Part shown: in pieces, positions 26,685 to 39,700 of the stretch
How the letters are laid out: each line of letters starts with the position of its first letter
Numbering within the stretch: position 1 is the stretch's first letter
The notes under the pieces: model-generated
Told to the model about the DNA's origin: nothing
Seen by the model: the letters and a program-made list of their open reading frames with translations, nothing else
The model's database searches: none
Translations under genes and position numbers: made by a program
Origin: Bugula neritina
Taxonomy: Eukaryota > Animalia > Bryozoa
DNA length: 64,000 nt
NCBI GenBank assembly: GCA_964035545.1
Contig: OZ037765.1
Span: 4,226,698 to 4,290,697, forward strand
Direction: 5' to 3'

Positions 26685-29074
26685 ATGCCTGACCTTCTAT
26701 CAGAAGCAGAAAGTTTGTATGGAACCAGCAACTTATATGAAGTGTTTGGTGTTTCGAAGACTGCAACTGCATCTCAACGTAAGTTTACATCAACTAACCC
26801 TGTATAAATGGAAAATCCTGGTATATTTATGATTTTGCTATTTTCAACATTAAGACATTCAAAATAGAAATTATATATGTGAAGCGTCATATGGTGTAAA
26901 AAGCTGTCTATGTTTGTAGTCTCTTTGAAATTTATATCTCGACTCTCGAGCCACCATAGAAAAACAATAAAAAGTTTAATTGTCTTGGTATGCATATTTA
27001 CTGTGTGTTTTTATTATACGTTGAGCCTGAGCTAATGGAGAAAGTGCAAAACTCGAAACTGTTTTTTTGTTTTAAAATTCCCAATGCTATATTCTTCCAT
27101 TAGTGTTGTTTAACAGACAACTAATGAGGTGTAGCTAGCATTATAATCTAAAAGTATATTTATCATTGTTAGTAAAGAAGGCTTTCTACAAGCAGTCTTT
27201 AAAAGTTCATCCAGATAAAGTGACGGGAGATGACAAGAGCTTAGCGACTCAGAAGTTTCAACTCATATCTAAACTGTACCAGTTCCTATCTGATGAGAAA
27301 AAGCGTAATGTTTATGATAAAACAGGTAACCCTGAGTGTTAATCACTAACTGTTATTTCCTGTTAACATTTCTTTTGAACTGTATAATATAACACGATTA
27401 AATACTAGTAGTTAAGTAAAGACAGTTGGGCGCATCCCACTTTATCATATTGATTACTAAACACTCTTTTTGTGTTCAGTTCCTAGTATTTCTCCCAAAT
27501 GTTGTGTACAGGTGAAATAGATGAAGAGGGTGCATTTGATTGGTCAAATGCAAGTGATCTTATGTCCTATTGGAGGGAATTATTTCCAGCTGTCTCAGCC
27601 GAAGATATCGAAAAGTTCCACAATGAATATAAAGGTATCAATATGTTCACGGTTTTAGTTGCTTGAAACTCTGTGTGTGTTTATCTGGTAAGATTACAAT
27701 TATTAACAGTGAAAAGAAAGAAGGAGATTCAACAGGGGGTGATCTAGTTTTGAGCTGAATTCTTTTTACATGTCATTTAAATGGAGCAATAACTGTTTTT
27801 GTTTGATATCGTATAAATATAATTCAGCATGCTGATCATATAAGAAATTATCTACGGAAGCTTTTTAGTGCTTCTACCAGTTTTTCGCTCTTATAAAGTA
27901 GGGCCTCATTTAGTAGCATGATATTGTAATAAAATGAAATACTATAATATATCAGAATGAAATATCTCTTATGGAGGACCTTGGAGTGATAGTTTGTAAT
28001 ACTGATTGTAATAACAGTTTTCTCTCTTCGGATGCTTGAAATTTCACTAGTGGTTTTGCTAGTCACATGTCTTGAAAGCTCTAAACTCTGAAGGCTATGG
28101 CTGCTAAAGAATCCATCAACACCTCTAGTTGGTGATGGTTACAGGCTCTGAAGAAGAGTTGTCCTCCCTCAAGGAAGCGTACCTCTCTAGTAAGGGAAAT
28201 ATGCAGCACGTCATAGACTCGATCATGTGTGCCTCGGTGGAGGACGAGGAAAGATTCAGGAAGTTACTGGAACCTCTCGTCAAGTCCAAAGAGTTACCTT
28301 CATATAAGAAGTTTTTCAACGAATCCGCAGCCAGTAAAAAGAAGAGGCACTCAAAGGTCTGTTCCTTCTTTACCATGATAGACTACATGTTGTGGATCTG
28401 TTTTCAATCTGGGCTGTTTGTTTTTTCTGCGATTCATTTTGTTGTTTCAAGTTTACCAAAGCAAAAGTGGTGAAATTTTGAAATAATCTTTTTCTGCTCG
28501 ACTAGATAAGGATTCAGTGATGAAACCACAACCAATAAATGGCTAGCCTTTTAGTATTACACAAGTAACAACAAATTGAGTTTTTATAAGTTAGAGTTGT
28601 CTCCTTATGTAAAAACCGCATCCTTTGTAATCTAGGAATTAAACCAGTTATTATATAAACAAAGTATTGTTGTATTTATCGATCAACACTGGATATCATA
28701 TCATATCAAGTTTGTGTACCACTTGTTTAACTAAATTATATAAATTTGTTAGAAACTTAAAGTTTTGTCAAGTCACAAGTAAAAGAGTGATAATTTCACC
28801 AATACTTTAGGCTGTAGCAGAGTCCAAAGAGGCGGAGAAGTTAAAGAAGGAGCTAAAGGGAGGCTCATCATCCGGATATGCTGATTTGGCGCTGGCAATG
28901 CAGCGGAACAGAGAGAAGAGAGGAGATATTTTCTCCTATTTAGAAAGTAAATATGGAGATGCCGAAGATGATTCTATATCATCAGCTGATAATAAAAAAC
29001 CTAAAAAGGACTTGAAAAGAAAGTCTGATCCCAAAAGTTCTGGAAGCAAGCGACAGAAAAAGGCAGGAAAATAG
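26685..29074 (+). CDS. DNAJC9: DnaJ homolog subfamily C member 9
   Basis: Exons approx. 26685-26778 (MPDLLSEAESLYGTSNLYEVFGV), 27173-27325 (SLKVHPDKV, HPD motif), 27512-27633, 28145-28356 (GSEEELSSLKEAY...EDEERFR) and 28811-29074 (YLESKYG plus basic tail). Confidence 0.92.
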
Positions 29075-30190
29075 CGAGCAAGGAACAGCCACCACTCGTG
29101 GCTTTAATTCAATTTGATCTCAGTTACTTGTTTGTTGTGAATCATTTCCACTCCCCACTTTCATTTATACACAACTTATGTTATCAACTAGTTTCGATTT
29201 TTCATGCAAGCTATGTTAAAATCACTGCCAATTCATGCTTGCTCTGGGTATGTTAACTGTAATTAAGGAATATAACATTTTATTTGCTTTACAAGAATAT
29301 TTTATTCAACTGTGACATATACTTCAAAGAAGTCGTCCTAATATTTCTTATAGTATATCATGTATATCATTGGTAAAAAAGGTAGCTAAGTCTATGAAAA
29401 CATTTCACAAGATATCCTGTAACACATCACACTATAGTATCATAACAGTCTAAACCAGTAAAAATAATACATTATATCAAATTTCAACAAGATTGAGCTG
29501 CAAAAAATATCTGGCATAATGGCCGTATAACATGAGGCAGACCAAGCTAAGTAATAATCAATAGCCGTAGTTATGAGAAAAAATACTCTTTTGCTTAAAA
29601 GAAACAAAAAATGAGAGGTAAAAAATAAATTAAAATACAGATATGCATTAATTTATTATTAGCAAAATTCTTCAATAATAAAACATATTTACATTTATGG
29701 CAATAGTGTAAAAGTAATAAAATGCTTCAGACATGATTAAGTAGTAAAAATATTAAAATTAAATGGCTACTCAAAGAAACATGGCCCACTGGCAGATACA
29801 TAATCGGGAACAACCTAAAATGCTAGTTTGTCAAATGTCTATATAGATTTATTCAAATAGGCTATTCAGTATAAAATCGATTGAACAGCAATGTTAATAC
29901 TATTTGTGAAATGTTAAAAAGTTAACTCTAATTTCACTTGTAATATTAAAATATGGGAACCACTGAGCACTGGAAATTTCTAACAAGTGATTGTAATTTT
30001 ATAATGACTAAGAAATAGAAAAATTACTAATATATACATGACTTGAGTATTCTTAATTCGTAAAACTGAAAACCACACTGTCAGTACAAAACATCAGATA
30101 TTTCCCCACAATTTTAGTAGAAATTAAGGTCAGCTGCTTGCCTATCTCTTAAAAATAAATTATGTGTAATATATAATTGTGTTATTTATG

Positions 30191-33100
30191 CTACAAAGCA
30201 CCATCTGAATAATACAAGTTCATCTCATCAATAAGATCTTGTTCTTTGAAGAGCACTGGATCAGCCCGAAACTCTACTGAGTGTAGAATTGTCTGCCCAA
30301 AAGCTTCATTAAAATGTCTTAAACAGATATCTCTGGCCACAAGGTGAGAGCTCATGTCCAGTGATAGTCCCGTGGCTGAGGACTTGAACTTTTTTCTAGC
30401 TAAAACTTTGATTGGAGCTTTACCTACAAGACAGAATTTATGCTCATTCTAAAACCCTCAAATAACTAACAGGTGTCCTGTAAGGGATGTCATGTAGTGC
30501 TATATAATATATATATATTGACTTTCACATGTGTAGAAATCCCCAATCCTAACCTACCATATATATTCTATAAAGGCATATGAATAAAATATAAATGTTT
30601 TACAATAAGCTTTATGATGATATTTTTCATCACTTTACAAAGTAAAACCCTTTTAAAAGGGGCCAAAAAAACATTGACCATGATGCTACTCAAACCACGT
30701 CCATTTTTACCGAGCTTACGTGATTTTATTATAAAACATTTACAAATCTCTGAAAGTTATCCAAGTTACTAACTGTATCAACTTTTTTGCAACCAACAGC
30801 CACGCCTAATTAATCCAAAACAGTTGTTTAAAACAAGATAATAAAAATTTCACTATCCAATTTAAGATTTCATCAAAAAACGTTTGAACTATCATTGGGC
30901 AACGACATAATTCTCTGATCATCAACCGTCTTATGTCACAAAAACCATCCACAAATACACAGAAGTTAACACCTGTAGTTGACGTTTAATAATTTACATG
31001 ATTTCGTATTACCTGTGGAGTTGTATTACCTGTGGAGTTGTATTACCTGTGGAATTGGCGATAAGAAAATTCATAGCAATGTCTTCACAGTTCACGTGAC
31101 CATCAATCCACTCCTTGATACCGATTGGCAGTGCCGATGTAAACAGGAAATGGTAGTATTTATGGTAAAAAGAGACACCTGTTAGCACCATACTGATGTT
31201 GCTGATCCACTCGCTGACGTATTTCAACTCGAAGTTATTCACTGAATGATATCTAAATAAAACAATAGAGCCAGTTAGAAGTTGTCTGCCCATCTATAGA
31301 GAATATTTAATGGCTGCTATGGTTAGGAAGTAGCTTATGATAAGCTGGAAGCATCATAGATTTTATCAAACCTCACGTAGGATTCACTGAAACAAAAGCT
31401 TAACTTTTACTATGTCATCAACAATTACAATATATATTTTAATCAACTAAATATAAACATGCATTGATGCTTGGTCATTTCAGATTTTTACAATTTCAAA
31501 TTTTAAAACGCAAAACTAACGCTAATAATCAACTAGGAGAAATAATTATAAAATAGAAAATTTTGAGTGAACAATGTGAAAATTTGAGAAAACTCAAGAA
31601 AAGTTTACACTTTCGACAAAACTAAAATGCATTATGGGCATGTTGCATGCCCATAATGCATTGTATAACAGCACAACATTTACTCCATTATGTATCAAAG
31701 CAATCAAAATAAATAATAAGTTTAGGGTGGAGCCCATACACCACACCAAGTATAAATTTAGAACATATTCAACACAGCTTGAATAGGAAGCTACTTGGAC
31801 ATATGCTAACCGCATATCCAGTAGATTAAACTGTGGCATAGCAAAACTACAAGCATCAACTGCTTCAAGCCTACCTGGGAGGGAACCCCACAAGTCTGTC
31901 TGCGTTCTCTACCCACACTCTGTAGCCAAAGTCGAGTTCGGCTGGTGTAACCATAGTGATGTCATCATCTATACTGAGTACGCAGTCAGTATCTATCTCG
32001 TCATATGGGTAGAAACGATTGCTAAGTCTATTATACTTGGAGTGGATTACCTGTGATAGAATATCTGTTCGTTATAAACAAGGCAATGCAAATGAAAATC
32101 ACCCCCCACTGCTGATATAAAATTACAGACTAGTAAACATTAATTGATTCTCTGTTACTGCATATAACTTACAGAGCACAATATATTACAGTTTAAATGT
32201 ATACCACATGTTAGCTGTGCTGCTGGTTTTTATTAGAAACATCAAAAACTAGATTATGCACAACATGCAATCATTTAACATATAACCGTAGCATAAATTA
32301 GAATACACTTGATACTAATGGTAAATTTTGTCAAAATAAAAAATATACTTTACAAAATAAAGATAGTAAACATCAACTGCAAGTTTATTGCATTGCCAAT
32401 CTTATTACAGGGTATATTTATTTTCAACAGCTGAGGGAAATTTGAAAGCTATAAACATTACAACGGTTTACTAGATGCTTTTGCTATGAAGCAGCCTGTT
32501 TATCAGAAACTATAAGAACTTCAGGTGAAGTGACCCACCTGTACCGGAACAGACACCTCTGGCCAATGACCATCTCCTGGTGGATTAGTCTCCGGGTTAT
32601 TCCATATGACTATAATTTTAGCAACATTACTCGCCTTTGCAACATTTACTAGCACCTGCTTCATCACTTCAAACCTGTTATAGGTCAGTATTACAGCGGT
32701 GAAGCCAGATTTCTGACTGGGTGTGAGAGGCACAAAGAATGGTGAGGGAGGTTGCGAGGGTATGATTGGGCGATTCCAGTGGTTGTATGATTTGGCAGTG
32801 TGTGGCAGAGCTCGTTCATTTAATATATCTAGTGTAACTAAGGCTATCCGTGAAATATCCTGAAAATAGTTCTTGTAATAGAAGTTACCCTGATCTACCA
32901 ACTGATTATAAGTGTTCCCGTCACTAAGAATGGAGGTGAGAATATCTACAACTTTATCTAAATTATTTTCATTGACAAACACTGCCGCCCTTCTCCAGTC
33001 GAGTACGTCTTGAAACGGCATTATGTAAGTGTCAAGGGAGACAACTGGAACGCAGCCGGCCCGCAAAATGTTATGTAGGTGTACTGTGGCAAACTGCCTC

Positions 33101-34038
33101 TCACGAGTGATCAAACAAAACTTTGCATCGAGAAGAACAGCCGGGTAGGAGTAGTGTCGACCCCGAGTGTCACAGCGATTCATCTCTCCCAGAGGAAGTG
33201 GGGGAGAGCAGCTAGTTAGCACAACCATATCAGAACGGGAGGTGAAACTCGCATGATTGCTCAGCTGATTGTAAACATTCGAGTAATACTGTCTTTGAGA
33301 AATGATGAGAAAAATGTCTCTAGATGAGGGTTTATGAGTTTCAAAGTTTAGATGTTGTTTATGAGGATTATAGAACGGTATAGAAATATCAAAAGTTCGG
33401 CGGTACGACCTTTGCGTGAATCCACTACCTGTTATCATGGCGTTCCCAAGGTGGAAATCTAGAGTGGATAGGAACTCTGGCTCCACACCCGGAATAACAT
33501 TAAATATTAAATGATTGGTGCCGTTATTCCAATAAGGAAGTGAGGCCAACACCCTGGCAGCCTTCTCTCCCGAGAACGCGGCTCTGTTCATCAAATCAAC
33601 CGAAGGTATGAGTATACACGCCTTGTCCGGTTGGCTTACAGCATACTTACTCTGCTTTATAGTCCACAGGAACTGTGCAAACTCAGCAGACATAGGTGTT
33701 AGCATATCTTTGAAGTCTTCATCTACATACCGTACTATGTCATATATATACACGCCAATCTTACCTTCACCGTCATCTATACATTTATAAGAGTTTATAC
33801 AGTTCCAGTATGTACACGTTTTATCAGTCATTGTTAAATGCATAGAACTATCTACAACTATTACTGGAATTTCTTCGCCAAATATAGAAAGGTTTCTATA
33901 AGGCATGTAATTGGCCACTTTTGATAGTATATCTATCTCTTTGAAAATCAGTAAAAAGAAGAATAGTGTAACCAGACATAGGCATAACACCATGCAATAC
34001 TTTTCACGGCAATGTATCGCTCGCTTCACTCTTTTCAT
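30191..34038 (-). CDS. EXT2: Exostosin-2 (heparan sulfate polymerase subunit; GT47 + GT64)
   Basis: Exons approx. 34038-32539 ([24 protein letters not shown]), 32050-31875 ([23 protein letters not shown]), 31252-31047 ([25 protein letters not shown]) and 30423-30191 ([17 protein letters not shown], an EXT2-type tail). Confidence 0.92.
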
Positions 34039-35229
34039 AATGTGTTGTGATTATCTAAAATAAAAATTAGTAAGTTACATAAATTTTTGTGTATCTACTA
34101 CTGCCAATAAGACATTACAGGCCATCAAAATGAATGTTTCACATTACAAAATTAACATAGGTAAAATATTGGAAATTATTAAAAACTTTAGGTCAACATT
34201 TTTAATACAGTTTTTGACAAATCATAAACAAAACTGGCCATATAAATTCTTTATTCAAGTATGCAAATTGCAAACAACTACTTTTTTTTCAATTTGACAA
34301 TGAAAAAATTCACAAGAATCATTGCAAGGCATCCCATTACATGAACATTTCACGGGCTTTTCTAGAGGTTTCCCTTTTAAATGCGTATAAGATAATACGT
34401 GAAATGTTTAAACCTTGAAAACTCAACCAACATGATGGACTGAAAAGTTATACCAGGTAAAACAGTAGCATCATAGCACGGTCGTGGATAATGGAGTATA
34501 AAATCAGTGAAACTCGAATGTCATGACAATAACAGGCCTGGAATGTTTGGACACGTGAGTCAATGAGAGAGAAAATGTTTGCAACACAAATTAAAGAGAG
34601 ACAAAACCGAGGCTAGCAGAAGAAGAGATGGAAGGATAGGAAATATTTATGGCGTTGTAGCCTGAGAGAAGAGAATGCTCAACACAGAGAAATATGGAGA
34701 AGCACTAACCGTGCCATACATAGATGGCGCGATAAACCGGAGTAGAATTTTTGAAGATATTCATACTGTAACCTTGACTAACTCCCACAATTTGTATTAC
34801 TCACACCTAAAATTTGTGCCACTGCCACTGTAAGTTCAAAAACTAAACCAGTGACTGTGTGTAATCAACATCTAAGCTAAAATGAAATCCCAGTAAAGTA
34901 TAATATTGATAAAACAACATTATTTGTCTTTAAATTATTCTGCGTGATGATCACACATTCACACGGCATAATTATAATGATTTAATCTATAATGTGACCT
35001 AAAAATATATTTAATATATTGATCCTTATAAGTATAGCATTCTCAAAAGCATGACATGTGCCTACAAACATTAACAATTGAATAAAATGGTACAAACCTA
35101 AAGCTAATGATGATAAAATTATTAATTAGACAAATATAAATACCACTATAAATAAACTTATAGTACCTGCAAGTAAAGTAGAAATATAATAATAAATATA
35201 ACTATTTCTAATAAACCATAACTGATAAA

Positions 35230-36110
35230 AACAATATAGTTAACCTAACTGATCAACATAGCCTAGTTATTATTATGATTATTATTATGATAATAATTCG
35301 ATAAAATCTTAAATGAATTTGATTATCATAACAATTATTACTATAACTGTTATCATGATACTGATAGTCATAAAAGTTAATAATAAATCATAATGCCTAT
35401 GATAATCTAAACCAATGAATAATTATAATATCAATCATAATATATAATGATAATCAATAATCATAACGATAATGTAAAAATAACACTATGACTATGAGTA
35501 TGACTATGAAATAACAAAACTAAATATAAATGAAAATGAGTAAATAATCTAATACTTATACTAATACTAATACTAATAGTAATAAACAGTAGTACTAGTA
35601 ATAACTAATATACTTGTAGATATAGTAACACTATTACTATTACTATTAGTATTACTAATAATAATAGTACTGAATAATAGACATAGTGATAGTAAAACTA
35701 AATGTAATATTTATATTCATGCTGATACTCATAGTCATATTCATACGGACTCTCACTCTGAAGTCACTCTCAGTATTACTATTACTATTAGTAATAGTAT
35801 TAGTATTAGTCACTATTACAGTACTACTACAGTACTAGTATTACTATTAGACTTAGTATTAGTACTGGACTTGGTATAACTATTACTATAAGTACAACTA
35901 TAAGTATTACAATAATCATAATGAATAAATATAAATTATATGATTAAATTTTACCATTTTACTAGTATTACTATAACTATTAGTATTACTATTCTGATTC
36001 ATTAGTCAGTGTCACTTGATGAGCATTATACTAATTAGTATTACTATTAGGTATTAGCAAAATGTAAATTAATACTAGATCTATAATATAAATATATAAT
36101 TATAATGATA
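35230..36110. repeat. Low-complexity TAG/TAC/TAA/CAT-type cryptic simple sequence
   Basis: Same composition as 25060-26170; lies between the divergent EXT2 and ETHE1 starts. Confidence 0.85.
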
Positions 36111-36767
36111 ATCATCACGGTGATGGACGGACGGTCATCAGTCATGTGTAGGTTCAAATTATATTTTTACTACTCTGTTGTCTAGCCGTAAAGGGATTAC
36201 AGTCATTTTCCTCAATAACTTTAGGAGAAAATTGTTTGATTCGGGTGGGGGAGTGGTTAACCCTATAAAAGATTTATATTTTCAGGTAACTAATCTCAAA
36301 ACTCAAAGGAATACACGCAACCACTGAAATGAAATAAACATCTATTTCAGTGCACGCAAGCTATCATATCATCTGGAGTTGTCATTTCATGTAGTTTACA
36401 GAAATCACTGAAATGGACTATTTAATATGTATTGCGTGACATGCATTTAGCCCTTATATTTCAACTTTTTATGTAGTTAGAGTTTCTCACAGGCACGACC
36501 GTTTTTGCGATGAAATAAACATCTGCCTTGAAAACTTGGGCTTCAATTACAAAGTAAAAACATTTCCACGCTGTGTTGTTCCGAGTTTCATCACTCTATT
36601 TATAGTGCGCATTGTAGTTGTTCGTTATTGTAATAGTTTGCGCTAAGGATTCAGTATCCGCTCATATTACTTCTGTCATAATAATTATTGTAGATAATTT
36701 CCGTCATACTATTTCACCCAAATATTGTAGTGAATGGTGAGTCATAGCTCTACATTTCAATTGTTTA

Positions 36768-39700
36768 ATGGCAGTGAGTATGTCTACCGGTACAGTTATT
36801 GTTAAACTACCACGCCACTTCGCCAACTTCAGATTTTACAAAGCCAAGCAGGGACACAGTCGCGCTCTAGGAGTGATTGTTGGCCGTAACTCTAACGGTA
36901 GTGCTATTCAAGATCATTCAGCTCGAACATTTTCTGTTTGTTCTTTGGCTAAAGTAAAAGCCCATCACTACGTGGGTTATCCTTCTGGAAACAATCCTAG
37001 TTGTCCGCTTAGTATTCGTAAAAGTCATAGTGCTGCTCAGTTTTATTATTTGACGCCTGGCTTTAATTTTTCTAAAACAAAAAATCAAGTTTGCCAAAAT
37101 TTGAAAACCAAAATACCCGACTTGCAGTCACAGAATTTGCAATACTCTGGGCTACCCAAAGGCAATATCCCGATGGACTCTTCTCAAGTGCTGTTTAGAC
37201 AGGTAAACTAAAACGTAAAAAAATACCTAAGGCTAAAGGGTTGAATAATAAAATAAACGTATTCGTTAAGATTCAGATAGTATCACTAAGTGTAACGTAT
37301 TAACTCAAAGTCAGTTCAACTTAAATAATAAATGATTATTAAATTTAGTAACATGTGTCATGTTGGTGTTCGGTTCTGAAATTGAAAACAGTTGGTAGAA
37401 CTAGAAGCTGAAGAATAAGAGTAGAAATTTAAGAAAAATGTCATCAAGTTTAAAAGTAGCCTGTAGCCTTATACGTAGAAGTTATAAGTTAGAGTCATGA
37501 ACTATAATTTCAAATACAAAAGAGTTAGAAATGTTTCCATTTTTAAGATGTGTTTTGTCGGGTATGACCTTTGCATTTGTATATACCAAAATCATATATA
37601 ATGTTTTATATTAATATAGTCCTAAGGCTAATGCATTGGCATCGCCATAGCAACAATTCTTAGGCCAAGTACTGTATAGTTAACTATTACATTTGTTAAT
37701 ATTGTAATGATTAATCAATTGTCATAATCAATCATTCACTTATTTTATAATAAATTTGTATGATTTATTATTTAGTTGATATATTGCTTTGACTGTTTGC
37801 TGTAAAGAAGATTTTTGTTGGCATAATTTTTTGATTAAATTTGTTTGCAGCTTTTTGAGCACAAATCATGTACATACACGTACCTGCTGGCTTGCAACCG
37901 TACTAAAGAAGCTGCTCTTATTGACCCAGTCATTGAAATGGTTCCGAGAGATGTGAAGTTACTACACCAACTTGGCTACTCCCTAAAATATGCTTGTAAG
38001 TGATAAGATGAACATGTAGATAGAGTTTCAAATGTATATAAATGTTGTTAATCAAATAGCATAGCATTGAGCAACACCCATTAAAACTCTCAAGTTTCTT
38101 TCTCAATAATGAAAAGTTACCCTTTTGCAGCAATGATATAATTTAAATCCCTATGTCTATGTAGCTTAATTTATCTTTGGTATATTGCACTTTAATTCCA
38201 GCTGGCCTTAAAGTGAAAATACATCAAGTTTTTGATATTTCCTTTTTTTATTTTTTTTCTGCTTTATATTTGCTGGATTCCTGCTGAAAACTAAGTATTT
38301 AGCATCAATTAGTGGATAAAATTCCAATTTGTTTTATGGCCATAATAAGTTGTAACTTTAATTACTAAAAATAATATAAATTCAAAACCTCTGTATGTTA
38401 AAGTTGTTGTTGACCTTCTAGTTTATTGATCTATATGTATGTACTTCCTGAGAGATTGAAACTGAGGTTAATAAACTAGTCAACAGTCTTATACACTGGC
38501 CATACATGATCCAACTAGCATAGTACTGCTTGTATAGTTTTCAATAGCTGCTATTGTACTAGCCCAGCTCCTAGTTATTGTATGTCACCTTAATAAACAC
38601 CACTTTTACGATTGTAAAGCTGTAACAAAGCATACAAATTGGATGCCTAGAAATTGCTGAGGCATATCACACACTACAGAACAGTTCAGTTTTATCTACT
38701 GCCTGTTCAGTGTTTATAAACCACTTGTTACTTTATCGATTCAATTTATTCTTTAATTTTTCTTGGCACCGTTTTAGTTTGTGTAAAAATTGATACAAAA
38801 AATTCTGTTAGTAAATTTGACTTTTCATTATTATATAGAGTAGATAATCATAAAAATTCATAAAAAAAGTTTTAAGAATTAAAAATGTTATTGCATGGCA
38901 TTGCATAATATTTATATAATGATATATCACATGTTAGTTAAAGTTAACACTGCAATAAAAAGTTGTGTGTAGCCCAGCAATATGTGCCAGTATTCTGTAC
39001 CGTGCTATTTTTACACCACCCAGTGAACACCCACGTTCACGCTGACCATATCACTGGCAGCGGAAAGCTGAAGGAGCATTTCTCGGGAGCGAAGAGTGTC
39101 CTTGGCATAGACTCAGGGGCCAAAGCCGACATTCACGTGGATCACCTGCAAACTCTGCAAATAGGGGACATAACTCTAGAAGCCAGAAAGACTCCCGGAC
39201 ATACTAATGGTAACTGCAATAGTATTTTATCTGAAAGTAATATAATGCTCCTGTGTTATTATCTCTATTATTATGCCATGTATCATGATAGGCATTGCTT
39301 AATATAAACAGATTTCTTGGCATTGTGCCAAAATGTGTTTTATCATCAAGGAACTGATATTTAAGTTTCAATGTTCTTAAAAACTGCCTTAAACTAGTTG
39401 TTACTTGTTTGCTTGACCTGACAATGTTTCATTGTGATCAGGCGGTGTGTGAATGGCTGAAGGTCGTTATATAGGCTAGGGAGGTCACATATAGGCTAGG
39501 ACTTAGGATAGTGTTTGTATGTGTGTAGTGTTTGTACTATCTATTGTTGTAGGGTGCATGACGTATGTGTGGCATAGTCAGAAGAAGGTGTTCTGTGGAG
39601 ATGCAATACTGATCCGAGGTTGTGGACGAACAGACTTCCAACAAGGTATATGAGTTGTCTCACTTTTTGCGTGTTGCCTTGTTTATGCTGTTGCAACAGT

